Assembly: GCA_964016885.1 (NCBI GenBank)
Contig: OZ024759.1
Span: 2,542,001 to 2,606,000, forward strand
Reading direction: 5' to 3'
Length of the DNA: 64,000 bases
Source: Eledone cirrhosa
Lineage: Eukaryota
How positions within the stretch are numbered: position 1 is the first letter of the stretch; each line of letters begins with the position of its first letter. This document shows positions 25,001 through 39,037 of the stretch, piece after piece. A model generated the notes under the pieces. It was not told where the DNA came from. It did no database searches and saw only the letters and a list, made by a program, of their open reading frames with translations. A program made the translations under genes and the position numbers.

Positions 25001-28000
25001 CTGTTTCACCCATGTTTCTCCCTCCTCACTAGTTGAGGTAACAAAGAGGTTAGAGTTCTGTTTCACCCATGTTCCTACCTCCTCACTAGGTGAGGTAACA
25101 AAGAGGTTAAAGTTCTGTTTCACCCATGGTTCTCCCTCCTCACTAGTTGAGGTAACAAAGAGGTTAAAGTTCTGTTTCACCCATGTTTCTACCTCCTCAC
25201 TAGTTGAGGTAACAAAGAGGTTAAAGTTCTGTTTCACCCATGTTTCTCCATCCTCACTACTTGAGGTAACCAAGAGGTTAAAGTTCTATTTTACCCATGT
25301 TTCTCCTTCCTTACTACTTGAGGTAACAAAGAGGTTAAAATTCTGTTTCATCCATGTATCTCCCTCTTTACTAGTTGAGGTAACAAAGAGGTTAAAGTTC
25401 TGTTTCACCCATGTTTCTCCCTCCTCACTAGTCGAGGTAACAAAGAGGTTAAAGTTCTGTTTCACCCATGTTTCTACCTCCTCACTAGTTGAGGTAACAA
25501 AGAGGTTAAAGTTCTGTTTCACCCATGTTTCTCCCTCCTCATTAGTTGAGGTAACAAAGAAGTTAAAGTTCTGTTTCACCCATGTTTCTATCTCCTCACT
25601 AGTTGAGGTAACAAAGAGGTTAAAGTTCTGTTTCACCCATGTTTCTCCCTCCTCACTAGTTGAGGTAACACAGAGGTTGAAGTTCTGTTTCACCCATGTT
25701 TCTACCTTCCTCACTATTTGAGGTAACAAAGAGGTTAAAGTTCTGTTTCACCCATGTTTCTACCTCCTCACTAGTTGAGGTAACAAAGAGGTTAGAGTTC
25801 TGTTTCACCCAAGTTTCTCCCTCCTCACTAGTTGAGGTAACAAAGAGGTTAAAGTTCTGTTTCACCCATGTTTCTCACCCCTCACTAGTTGAGGTAACAA
25901 AGAGGTTAAAGTTCTGTTTCACCCATGTTTCTACCTCCTCACTAGTTGAGGTAACAAAGAGGTTAAAGTTCTGTTTCACCCATGTTTCTCCCTCCTCATT
26001 AGTTGAGGTAACAAAGAGGTTAAAGTTCTGTTTCACCCATGGACCTAGCTCCTGACTAGTTGAGGTAACAAAGAGGTTAAAGTTCTGTTTCACCCATGTT
26101 TCTCCCTCCTCACTAGTTGAGGTAACAAAGAGGTTAAAGTTCTGTTTCACCCATGTTTCTCCCTCCTCACTAGTTGAGGTAACAAAGAGGTTAAAGTTCT
26201 GTTTCACCCATGTTTCTCCCTCCTCACTAGTTGAGGTAACAAAGAGGTTAAAGTTGTGTTTCACCCATGTTTCTACCTCCTCACTATTTGAGGTAACAAA
26301 GAGGTTAAAAGTTCTGTTTCACCCATGTTTCTCGCCCCACACTAGTTGAGGTAACAAAGAGGTTAAAGTTCTGTTCCACCCATGTTTCTCCCCCCTCACT
26401 AGTTGAGGTAACAAAGAGGTTAAAGTTCAGTTTCACCCATGTTTCTCCCTCCTCACTACTTGAGGTAACAAAGAGTTTCAAGTTCTGTTTCGCCCATGTT
26501 TCTACCTCCTCACTATTTGAGGTAACAAAGGGGTTAAAGTTCAGTTTCACCCATGTTTCTACCCCCTCACTAGTTGAGGTAACAAAGGGGTTAAAGTTCT
26601 GTTTCACCCATGTTCCCCCTCCTCACTAGTTGAGGTTAAAGTTCTGTTTCCCCCATGTTTCTCGCTCCTCACTATTTGAGGTAACAAAGAGGTTAAAGTT
26701 CTGTTTCACCCATGTTTCTCCCTCCTCACTAGTTGACGTAACAAAGAGGTTAGAGTTCTGTTTCACCCATGTTACTACCTCCTCACTAGTTGAGGTAACA
26801 AAGAGGTTAAAGTTCTGTTTCACCCATGTTTCTACCTTCCTCACTAGTTGAGGTAACAAAGAGGTTAAAGTTCTGTTTCACCCATGTTTCTACCTCCTCA
26901 ATAGTTGAGGTAACAAAGAGGTTAAAATTCTGTTTCACCCATGACTCTTCCTCCTCACTAGTTGAGGTAACAAAGAGGTTAAAGTTCTGTTTCACCCATG
27001 TTTCTCCCTCCTCATTAGTTCAGGTAACAAAGAGGTTAAAGTTCTGTTTCACCCATGTTCCTACCTCCTAACTAGTTGATGTAACAAAGAGTTTAAAGTT
27101 CAGTTTCACCCATGTTTCTACCTGCTCACTAGGTGAGGTAACAAAGAGGTTAAAGTTCTGTTTCACCCATGGTTCTCCCTCCTCACTAGTTGAGGTAACA
27201 AAGAGGTTAAAGTTCTGTTTCCCCCATGTTTCTCGCTCCTCACTATTTGAGGTAACAAAGAGGTTAAAGTTCTGTTTCACCCATGTTTCTCCCTCCTCAC
27301 TAGTTGACGTAACAAAGAGGTTAGAGTTCTGTTTCACCCATGTTACTACCTCCTCACTAGTTGAGGTAACAAAGAGGTTAAAGTTCTGTTTCACCCATGT
27401 TTCTACCTTCCTCACTAGTTGAGGTAACAAAGAGGTTAAAGTTCTGTTTCACCCATGTTTCTACCTCCTCAATAGTTGAGGTAACAAAGAGGTTAAAATT
27501 CTGTTTCACCCATGACTCTTCCTCCTCACTAGTTGAGGTAACAAAGAGGTTAAAGTTCTGTTTCACCCATGTTTCTCCCTCCTCATTAGTTCAGGTAACA
27601 AAGAGGTTAAAGTTCTGTTTCACCCATGTTCCTACCTCCTAACTAGTTGATGTAACAAAGAGTTTAAAGTTCAGTTTCACCCATGTTTCTACCTGCTCAC
27701 TAGGTGAGGTAACAAAGAGGTTAAAGTTCTGTTTCACCCATGGTTCTCCCTCCTCACTAGTTGAGGTAACAAAGAGGTTAAAGTTCTGTTTCACCCATGT
27801 TTCTACCTCCTCACTAGTTGAGGTAACAAAGAGGTTAAAGTTCTGTTTCACCCATGTTTCTCCATCCTCACTACTTGAGGTAACAAAGAGGTTAAAGTTC
27901 TGTTTCACCCATGTTTCTACCTCCTCACTAGTTGAGGTAACAAAGAGGTTAAAGTTCTGTTTCACCCAAGTTTCTCCCTCCTCACTAGTTGAGGTAACAA

Positions 28001-31000
28001 AGAGGTTAAAGTTCTGTTTCACCCATGTTTCTCACCCCTCACTAGTTGAGGTAACAAAGAGGTTAAAGTTCTGTTTCACCCATGTTTCTACCTCCTCACT
28101 AGTTGAGGTAACAAAGAGGTTAAAGTTCTGTTTCACCCATGTTTCTCCCTCCTCATTAGTTGAGGTAACAAAGAGGTTAAAGTTCTGTTTCACCCATGTT
28201 TCTCCCTCCTCACTATTGAGGTAACAAAGAGGTTAAAGTTCTGTTTCACACATGTTTCTCCCTCCTTACTAGTTGAGGTAACAATGAGGTTAAAGTTCTG
28301 TTTCACCCATGTTTCTCCTTCCTTACCATTTGAGGTAACAAAGAGGTTAAAGTTCTGTTTCACCCATGTTCTCCCTCCTCACTAGTTGAGGTAACAAAGA
28401 GATTAAAGTTCTGTTTCACCCCTGTTTCTACCTCCTCCCTAGTTGAGGTAACAAAGAGGCTAAAGTTCTGTTTCCCCCATGTTTCTCCCTCCTCACTATT
28501 TGAGGTAACAAAGAGGTCAAAGTTCTGTTTCACCCATGTTTCTCCTTCCTTACCATTTGAGGTAACAAAGAGGTTAAAGTTCTGTTTCACCCATGTTCTC
28601 CCTCCTCACTAGTTGAGGTAACAAAGAGGTTAGAGTTCTGTTTCACCCATGTTGCTACCTCCTCACTATTTGAGGTAACAAAAAGGTTAAAGTTCTGTTT
28701 CACCCATGTTTCTCTCTCCTCACTATTTGAGGTAACAAAGAGGTTAAAGTTCTGTTTCACCCATGGACCTAGCTCCTGACTAATTTAGGTAACAAAGAGG
28801 TTAAAGTTCTGTTTCACCCATGTTTCTACCTCCTCAATAGTTGAGGTAACAAAGAGGTTAAAGTTCTGTTTCACCCATGTTTCTACCTCCTCACTATTTG
28901 AGGTAACAAAGAGGTTGAAGTTCTGTTTCACCCATGTTTCTACCTTCCTCACTATTTGAGGTAACAAAGAGGTTAAAGTTCTGTTTCACCCATGTTTCTA
29001 CCTCCTCACTAGTTGAGGTAACAAAGAGGTTAAAGTTCTGTTTCACCCATGTTTCTCCCTCCTCACTAGTTGAGGTAACAAAGAGGTTAAAGTTCTGTTT
29101 CACCCATGTTTCTCCCTCCTCACTAGTTGAGGTAACAAAGAGCTTAGAGTTCTGTTTCACCCATGTTTCTACCTCCTCACTATTTGAGGTAACAAAGAGG
29201 TTAAAGTTCTGTTTCACCCATGGACCTAGCTCCTGACTAGTTGAGGTAACAAAGAGGTTAATGTTCTGTTTCACCCATTTTTCTACCTCCTCAATAGTTG
29301 AGGTAACAAAGAGGTTAAAGTTGTGTTTCACCCATGTTTCTACCTCCTCACTATTTGAGGTAACAAAGAGGTTAAAAGTTCTGTTTCACCCATGTTTCTC
29401 CCTCCTCGCTAATGAGGTAACAAAGAGGTTAAAGTTCTGTTTCACCCATGTTTCTCGCCCCACACTAGTTGAGGTAACAAAGAGGTTAAAGTTCTGTTCC
29501 ACCCATGTTTCTCCCCCCTCACTAGTTGAGGTAACAAAGAGGTTAAAGTTCAGTTTCACCCATGTTTCTCCCTCCTCACTACTTGAGGTAACAAAGAGGT
29601 TAAAGTTCTGTTTCGCCCATGTTTCTACCTCCTCACTATTTGAGGTAACAAAGGGGTTAAAGTTCAGTTTCACCCATGTTTCTACCCCCTCACTAGTTGA
29701 AGTAACAAAGGGGTTAAAGTTCTGTTTCACCCATGTTCCCCCTCCTAACTAGTTGAGGTAACAAAGAGGCTAAAGTTCTGTTTCACCCATGTTTCTACCT
29801 CCTCACTAGTTGAGGTAACAAAGAGGCTAAAGTTCTGTTTCACCCATGTTTCTACCTCCTCACTAGTTGAGGTAACAAATAGGTTAAAGTTCTGTTTCAC
29901 CCATGTTTCTCCCTCCTCACTAGTTGAGGTAACAAAGAGGTTAGAGTTCTGTTTCACCCATGTTCCTACCTCCTCACTAGGTGAGGTAACAAAGAGGTTA
30001 AAGTTCTGTTTCACCCATGGTTCTCCCTCCTCACTAGTTGAGGTAACAAAGAGGTTAAAGTTCTGTTTCACCCATGTTTCTACCTCCTCACTAGTTGAGG
30101 TAACAAAGAGGTTAAAGTTCTGTTTCACCCATGTTTCTCCATCCTCACTACTTGAGGTAACCAAGAGGTTAAAGTTCTATTTTACCCATGTTTCTCCTTC
30201 CTTACTACTTGAGGTAACAAAGAGGTTAAAATTCTGTTTCATCCATGTATCTCCCTCTTTACTAGTTGAGGTAACAAAGAGGTTAAAGTTCTGTTTCACC
30301 CATGTTTCTCCCTCCTCACTAGTCGAGGTAACAAAGAGGTTAAAGTTCTGTTTCACCCATGTTTCTACCTCCTCACTAGTTGAGGTAACAAAGAGGTTAA
30401 AGTTCTGTTTCACCCATGTTTCTCCCTCCTCATTAGTTGAGGTAACAAAGAAGTTAAAGTTCTGTTTCACCCATGTTTCTATCTCCTCACTAGTTGAGGT
30501 AACAAAGAGGTTAAAGTTCTGTTTCACCCATGTTTCTCCCTCCTCACTAGTTGAGGTAACACAGAGGTTGAAGTTCTGTTTCACCCATGTTTCTACCTTC
30601 CTCACTATTTGAGGTAACAAAGAGGTTAAAGTTCTGTTTCACCCATGTTTCTACCTCCTCACTAGTTGAGGTAACAAAGAGGTTAGAGTTCTGTTTCACC
30701 CAAGTTTCTCCCTCCTCACTAGTTGAGGTAACAAAGAGGTTAAAGTTCTGTTTCACCCATGTTTCTCACCCCTCACTAGTTGAGGTAACAAAGAGGTTAA
30801 AGTTCTGTTTCACCCATGTTTCTACCTCCTCACTAGTTGAGGTAACAAAGAGGTTAAAGTTCTGTTTCACCCATGTTTCTCCCTCCTCATTAGTTGAGGT
30901 AAAAAAGAGGTTAAAGTTCTGTTTCACCCATGGACCTAGCTCCTGACTAGTTGAGGTAACAAAGAGGTTAAAGTTCTGTTTCACCCATGTTTCTCCCTCC

Positions 31001-32200
31001 TCACTAGTTGAGGTAACAAAGAGGTTAAAGTTCTGTTTCACCCATGTTTCTCCCTCCTCACTAGTTGAGGTAACAAAGAGGTTAAAGTTCTGTTTCACCC
31101 ATGTTTCTCCCTCCTCACTAGTTGAGGTAACAAAGAGGTTAAAGTTGTGTTTCACCCATGTTTCTACCTCCTCACTATTTGAGGTAACAAAGAGGTTAAA
31201 AGTTCTGTTTCACCCATGTTTCTCGCCCCACACTAGTTGAGGTAACAAAGAGGTTAAAGTTCTGTTCCACCCATGTTTCTCCCCCCTCACTAGTTGAGGT
31301 AACAAAGAGGTTAAAGTTCAGTTTCACCCATGTTTCTCCCTCCTCACTACTTGAGGTAACAAAGAGTTTCAAGTTCTGTTTCGCCCATGTTTCTACCTCC
31401 TCACTATTTGAGGTAACAAAGGGGTTAAAGTTCAGTTTCACCCATGTTTCTACCCCCTCACTAGTTGAGGTAACAAAGGGGTTAAAGTTCTGTTTCACCC
31501 ATGTTCCCCCTCCTCACTAGTTGAGGTTAAAGTTCTGTTTCCCCCATGTTTCTCGCTCCTCACTATTTGAGGTAACAAAGAGGTTAAAGTTCTGTTTCAC
31601 CCATGTTTCTCCCTCCTCACTAGTTGACGTAACAAAGAGGTTAGAGTTCTGTTTCACCCATGTTACTACCTCCTCACTAGTTGAGGTAACAAAGAGGTTA
31701 AAGTTCTGTTTCACCCATGTTTCTACCTTCCTCACTAGTTGAGGTAACAAAGAGGTTAAAGTTCTGTTTCACCCATGTTTCTACCTCCTCAATAGTTGAG
31801 GTAACAAAGAGGTTAAAATTCTGTTTCACCCATGACTCTTCCTCCTCACTAGTTGAGGTAACAAAGAGGTTAAAGTTCTGTTTCACCCATGTTTCTCCCT
31901 CCTCATTAGTTCAGGTAACAAAGAGGTTAAAGTTCTGTTTCACCCATGTTCCTACCTCCTAACTAGTTGATGTAACAAAGAGTTTAAAGTTCAGTTTCAC
32001 CCATGTTTCTACCTGCTCACTAGGTGAGGTAACAAAGAGGTTAAAGTTCTGTTTCACCCATGGTTCTCCCTCCTCACTAGTTGAGGTAACAAAGAGGTTA
32101 AAGTTCTGTTTCACCCATGTTTCTACCTCCTCACTAGTTGAGGTAACAAAGAGGTTAAAGTTCTGTTTCACCCATGTTTCTCCATCCTCACTACTTGAGG
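21700..32200. repeat. Tandem 4,320-bp (76-monomer) HOR: two full copies plus a partial third; the second copy is lengthened to 4,891 bp
   Basis: Offsets are 4320 (21721/26041, 21985/26305, 22310/26630) and then 4891 (23469/28360, 24003/28894, 25286/30177, 26305/31196). The rare variant GTTGAAGTAAC is shared near 24808 and 29699. Confidence 0.9.
26635..27776. repeat. 571-bp (10-monomer) internal tandem duplication
   Basis: An offset of 571 links 26641/27212, 26807/27378 and 27068/27639. It accounts exactly for 4891 minus 4320. Confidence 0.9.
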
Positions 32201-35200
32201 TAACCAAGAGGTTAAAGTTCTATTTCACCCATGTTTCTCCTTCCTTACTACTTGAGGTAACAAAGAGGTTAAAGTTCTGTTTCATCCATGTATCTCCCTC
32301 TTTACTAGTTGAGGTAACAAAGAGGTTAAATTTCTGTTTCACCCATGTTTCTCCCTCCTCATTAGTTGAGGTAACAAAGAAGTTAAAGTTCTGTTTCACC
32401 CATGTTTCTATCTCCTCACTAGTTGAGGTAACAAAGAGGTTAAAGTTCTGTTTCACCCATGTTTCTCCTCCTCACTAGTTGAGGTAACAAAGAGGTTAAA
32501 GTTCTGTTTCACCCATGGACCTAGCTCCTGACTAGTTGAGGTAACAAAGAGGTTAAAGTTCTGTTTCACCCATGTTTCTACCTCCTCAATAGTTGAGGTA
32601 ACAAAGAGGTTAAAGTTCTGTTTTACCCATGTTTCTACCTCCTCACTATTTGAGGTAACAAAGAGGTTGAAGTTCTGTTTCACCCATGTTTCTACCTTCC
32701 TCACTATTTGAGGTAACAAAGAGGTTAAAGTTCTGTTTCACCCATGTTTCTACCTCCTCACTAGTTGAGGTAACAAAGAGGTTAAAGTTCTGTTTCACCC
32801 ATGTTTCTCCCTCCTCACTAGTTGAGGTAACAAAGAGGTTAAAGTTCTGTTTCACCCATGTTTCTCCCTCCTCACTAGTTGAGGTAACAAAGAGGTTGAA
32901 GTTCTATTTCACCCATGTTTGTACCTCCTCACTAGTTGAGGTAACAAAGAGGTTAAAGTTCTGTTTCACCCATGGACCTAGCTCCTGACTAGTTGAGGTA
33001 ACAAAGAGGTTAATGTTCTGTTTCACCCATGTTTCTACCTCCTCAATAGTTGAGGTAACAAAGAGGTTAAAGTTGTGTTTCACCCATGTTTCTACCTCCT
33101 CACTATTTGAGGTAACAAAGAGGTTAAAAGTTCTGTTTCACCCATGTTTCTCGCCCCACACTAGTTGAGGTAACAAAGAGGTTAAAGTTCTGTTCCACCC
33201 ATGTTTCTCCCCCCTCACTAGTTGAGGTAACAAAGAGGTTAAAGTTCAGTTTCACCCATGTTTCTCCCTCCTCACTACTTGAGGTAACAAAGAGGTTCAA
33301 GTTCTGTTTCGCCCATGTTTCTACCTCCTCACTATTTGAGGTAACAAAGGGGTTAAAGTTCAGTTTCACCCATGTTTCTACCCCCTCACTAGTTGAGGTA
33401 ACAAAGGGGTTAAAGTTCTGTTTCACCCATGTTCCCCCTCCTCACTAGTTGAGGTTAAAGTTCTGTTTCCCCCATGTTTCTCGCTCCTCACTATTTGAGG
33501 TAACAAAGAGGTTAAAGTTCTGTTTCACCCATGTTTCTCCCTCCTCACTAGTTGACGTAACAAAGAGGTTAGAGTTCTGTTTCACCCATGTTACTACCTC
33601 CTCACTAGTTGAGGTAACAAAGAGGTTAAAGTTCTGTTTCACCCATGTTTCTACCTTCCTCACTAGTTGAGGTAACAAAGAGGTTAAAGTTCTGTTTCAC
33701 CCATGTTTCTACCTCCTCAATAGTTGAGGTAACAAAGAGGTTAAAATTCTGTTTCACCCATGACTCTTCCTCCTCACTAGTTGAGGTAACAAAGAGGTTA
33801 AAGTTCTGTTTCACCCATGTTTCTCCCTCCTCATTAGTTCAGGTAACAAAGAGGTTAAAGTTCTGTTTCACCCATGTTCCTACCTCCTAACTAGTTGATG
33901 TAACAAAGACTTTAAAGTTCAGTTTCACCCATGTTTCTACCTGCTCACTAGGTGAGGTAACAAAGAGGTTAAAGTTCTGTTTCACCCATGGTTCTCCCTC
34001 CTCACTAGTTGAGGTAACAAAGAGGTTAAAGTTCTGTTTCACCCATGTTTCTACCTCCTCACTAGTTGAGGTAACAAAGAGGTTAAAGTTCTGTTTCACC
34101 CATGTTTCTCCATCCTCACTACTTGAGGTAACAAAGAGGTTAAAGTTCTGTTTCACCCATGTTTCTACCTCCTCACTAGTTGAGGTAACAAAGAGGTTAA
34201 AGTTCTGTTTCACCCAAGTTTCTCCCTCCTCACTAGTTGAGGTAACAAAGAGGTTAAAGTTCTGTTTCACCCATGTTTCTCACCCCTCACTAGTTGAGGT
34301 AACAAAGAGGTTAAAGTTCTGTTTCACCCATGTTTCTACCTCCTCACTAGTTGAGGTAACAAAGAGGTTAAAGTTCTGTTTCACCCATGTTTCTCCCTCC
34401 TCATTAGTTGAGGTAACAAAGAGGTTAAAGTTCTGTTTCACCCATGTTTCTCCCTCCTCACTATTGAGGTAACAAAGAGGTTAAAGTTCTGTTTCACACA
34501 TGTTTCTCCCTCCTTACTAGTTGAGGTAACAATGAGGTTAAAGTTCTGTTTCACCCATGTTTCTCCTTCCTTACCATTTGAGGTAACAAAGAGGTTAAAG
34601 TTCTGTTTCACCCATGTTCTCCCTCCTCACTAGTTGAGGTAACAAAGAGATTAAAGTTCTGTTTCACCCCTGTTTCTACCTCCTCCCTAGTTGAGGTAAC
34701 AAAGAGGCTAAAGTTCTGTTTCCCCCATGTTTCTCCCTCCTCACTATTTGAGGTAACAAAGAGGTCAAAGTTCTGTTTCACCCATGTTTCTCCTTCCTTA
34801 CCATTTGAGGTAACAAAGAGGTTAAAGTTCTGTTTCACCCATGTTCTCCCTCCTCACTAGTTGAGGTAACAAAGAGGTTAGAGTTCTGTTTCACCCATGT
34901 TGCTACCTCCTCACTATTTGAGGTAACAAAAAGGTTAAAGTTCTGTTTCACCCATGTTTCTCTCTCCTCACTATTTGAGGTAACAAAGAGGTTAAAGTTC
35001 TGTTTCACCCATGGACCTAGCTCCTGACTAATTTAGGTAACAAAGAGGTTAAAGTTCTGTTTCACCCATGTTTCTACCTCCTCAATAGTTGAGGTAACAA
35101 AGAGGTTAAAGTTCTGTTTCACCCATGTTTCTACCTCCTCACTATTTGAGGTAACAAAGAGGTTGAAGTTCTGTTTCACCCATGTTTCTACCTTCCTCAC

Positions 35201-38200
35201 TATTTGAGGTAACAAAGAGGTTAAAGTTCTGTTTCACCCATGTTTCTACCTCCTCACTAGTTGAGGTAACAAAGAGGTTAAAGTTCTGTTTCACCCATGT
35301 TTCTCCCTCCTCACTAGTTGAGGTAACAAAGAGGTTAAAGTTCTGTTTCACCCATGTTTCTCCCTCCTCACTAGTTGAGGTAACAAAGAGCTTAGAGTTC
35401 TGTTTCACCCATGTTTCTACCTCCTCACTATTTGAGGTAACAAAGAGGTTAAAGTTCTGTTTCACCCATGGACCTAGCTCCTGACTAGTTGTGGTAACAA
35501 AGAGGTTAATGTTCTGTTTCACCCATTTTTCTACCTCCTCAATAGTTGAGGTAACAAAGAGGTTAAAGTTGTGTTTCACCCATGTTTCTACCTCCTCACT
35601 ATTTGAGGTAACAAAGAGGTTAAAAGTTCTGTTTCACCCATGTTTCTCCCTCCTCGCTAATGAGGTAACAAAGAGGTTAAAGTTCTGTTTCACCCATGTT
35701 TCTCGCCCCACACTAGTTGAGGTAACAAAGAGGTTAAAGTTCTGTTCCACCCATGTTTCTCCCCCCTCACTAGTTGAGGTAACAAAGAGGTTAAAGTTCA
35801 GTTTCACCCATGTTTCTCCCTCCTCACTACTTGAGGTAACAAAGAGGTTAAAGTTCTGTTTCGCCCATGTTTCTACCTCCTCACTATTTGAGGTAACAAA
35901 GGGGTTAAAGTTCAGTTTCACCCATGTTTCTACCCCCTCACTAGTTGAGGTAACAAAGGGGTTAAAGTTCTGTTTCACCCATGTTCCCCCTCCTAACTAG
36001 TTGAGGTAACAAATAGGTTAAAGTTCTGTTTCACCCATGTTTCTCCCTCCTCACTAGTTGAGGTAACAAAGAGGTTAGAGTTCTGTTTCACCCATGTTTC
36101 TACCTCCTCACTAGTTGAGGTAACAAAGAGGTTAGAGTTCTGTTTCACCCATGTTCCTACCTCCTAACTAGTTGAGGTAACAAAGAGTTTAAAGTTCAGT
36201 TTCACCCATGTTTCTACCTGCTCACTAGGTGAGGTAACAAAGAGGTTAAAGTTCTGTTTCACCCATGGTTCTCCCTCCTCACTAGTTGAGGTAACAAAGA
36301 GGTTAAAGTTCTGTTTCACCCATGTTTCTACCTCCTCACTAGTTGAGGTAACAAAGAGGTTAAAGTTCTGTTTCACCCATGTTTCTCCATCCTCACTACT
36401 TGAGGTAACCAAGAGGTTAAAGTTCTATTTTACCCATGTTTCTCCTTCCTTACTACTTGAGGTAACAAAGAGGTTAAAGTTCTGTTTCATCCATGTATCT
36501 CCCTCTTTACTAGTTGAGGTAACAAAGAGGTTAAAGTTCTGTTTCACCCATGTTTCTCCCTCCTCACTAGTCGAGGTAACAAAGAGGTTAAAGTTCTGTT
36601 TCACCCATGTTTCTACCTCCTCACTAGTTGAGGTAACAAAGAGGTTAAAGTTCTGTTTCACCCATGTTTCTCCCTCCTCATTAGTTGAGGTAACAAAGAA
36701 GTTAAAGTTCTGTTTCACCCCTGTTTCTATCTCCTCACTAGTTGAGGTAACAAAGAGGTTAAAGTTCTGTTTCACCCATGTTTCTCCCTCCTCACTAGTT
36801 GAGGTAACACAGAGGTTGAAGTTCTGTTTCACCCATGTTTCTACCTTCCTCACTATTTGAGGTAACAAAGAGGTTAAAGTTCTGTTTCACCCATGTTTCT
36901 ACCTCCTCACTAGTTGAGGTAACAAAGAGGTTAGAGTTCTGTTTCACCCAAGTTTCTCCCTCCTCACTAGTTGAGGTAACAAAGAGGTTAAAGTTCTGTT
37001 TCACCCATGTTTCTCACCCCTCACTAGTTGAGGTAACAAAGAGGTTAAAGTTCTGTTTCACCCATGTTTCTACCTCCTCACTAGTTGAGGTAACAAAGAG
37101 GTTAAAGTTCTGTTTCACCCATGTTTCTCCCTCCTCATTAGTTGAGGTAACAAAGAGGTTAAAGTTCTGTTTCACCCATGTTTCTCCCTCCTCACTATTG
37201 AGGTAACAAAGAGGTTAAAGTTCTGTTTCACACATGTTTCTCCCTCCTTACTAGTTGAGGTAACAATGAGGTTAAAGTTCTGTTTCACCCATGTTTCTAC
37301 CCCTTACAAGTTGAGGTAACAATGAGATTAAAGTTCTGTTTCACCCATGGTTCTCCCTCCTCACTAGTTGAGGTAACAAAGAGGTTAAAGTTCTGTTTCA
37401 CCCATGTTTCTACCTCCTCACTAGTTGAGGTAACAAAGAGGTTAAAGTTCTGTTTCACCCATGTTTCTCCATCCTCACTACTTGAGGTAACCAAGAGGTT
37501 AAAGTTCTATTTTACCCATGTTTCTCCTTCCTTACTACTTGAGGTAACAAAGAGGTTAAAGTTCTGTTTCATCCATGTATCTCCCTCTTTACTAGTTGAG
37601 GTAACAAAGAGGTTAAAGTTCTGTTTCACCCATGTTTCTCCCTCCTCACTAGTCGAGGTAACAAAGAGGTTAAAGTTCTGTTTCACCCATGTTTCTATCT
37701 CCTCACTAGTTGAGGTAACAAAGAGGTTAAAGTTCTGTTTCACCCATGTTTCTCCCTCCTCACTAGTTGAGGTAACACAGAGGTTGAAGTTCTGTTTCAC
37801 CCATGTTTCTACCTTCCTCACTATTTGAGGTAACAAAGAGGTTAAAGTTCTGTTTCACCCATGTTTCTACCTCCTCACTAGTTGAGGTAACAAAGAGGTT
37901 AGAGTTCTGTTTCACCCAAGTTTCTCCCTCCTCACTAGTTGAGGTAACAAAGAGGTTAAAGTTCTGTTTCACCCATGTTTCTCACCCCTCACTAGTTGAG
38001 GTAACAAAGAGGTTAAAGTTCTGTTTCACCCATGTTTCTACCTCCTCACTAGTTGAGGTAACAAAGAGGTTAAAGTTCTGTTTCACCCATGTTTCTCCCT
38101 CCTCATTAGTTGAGGTAACAAAGAGGTTAAAGTTCTGTTTCACCCATGTTTCTCCCTCCTCACTATTGAGGTAACAAAGAGGTTAAAGTTCTGTTTCACA

Positions 38201-39037
38201 CATGTTTCTCCCTCCTTACTAGTTGAGGTAACAATGAGGTTAAAGTTCTGTTTCACCCATGTTTCTACCCCTTACAAGTTGAGGTAACAATGAGATTAAA
38301 GTTCTGTTTCACCCCTGTTTCTACCTCCTCCCTAGTTGAGGTAACAAAGAGGTTAAAGTTCTGTTTCCCCCATGTTTCTCCCTCCTCACTATTTGAGGTA
38401 ACAAATAGGTTAAAGTTCTGTTTCAGCCATGTTTCTCCCCCCTCACTAGTTTAGGTAACAAAGAGGTTAAAGTTCTGTTTCACCCACGTTTCTCCCTCCT
38501 CACTAGTTGAGGTAACAAAGAGGTTGAAGTTCTGTTTCACCCATGTTTCTACCTTCCTCACTATTTGAGGTAACAAAGAGGTTAAAGTTCTGTTTCACCC
38601 ATGTTTCTACCTCCTCACTAGTTGAGGTAACAAAGAGGTTAAAGTTCTGTTTCACCCATGTTTCTCCCTCCTCACTAGTTGAGGTAACAAAGAGGTTAAA
38701 GTTCTGTTTCACCCATGTTTCTCCCTCCTCACTAGTTGAGGTAACAAAGAGGTTAAAGTTCTGTTTCACCCATGTTTCTCCCTCCTCACTAGTTGAGGTA
38801 ACAAAGAGGTCAAAGTTCTGTTTCACCCATGTTTCTCCTTCCTTACCATTTGAGGTAACAAAGAGGTTAAAATTCTGTTTCACCCATGTTTTCCCTCCTC
38901 ACTAGTTGAGGTAACAAAGAGGTTAGAGTTCTGTTTCACCCATGTTGCTATCTCCTCACTATTTGAGGTAACAAAAAGGTTAAAGTTCTGTTTCACCCAT
39001 GTTTCTCTCTCCTCACTATTTGAGGTAACAAAGAGGT
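32141..39037. repeat. About 6.9-kb near-identical copy of 3180-10020
   Basis: An offset of 28961 holds from 3259/32220 to 6673/35634. It becomes 29017 (one extra 56-bp monomer near 35990) from 7147/36164 to 9863/38880. Confidence 0.88.
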
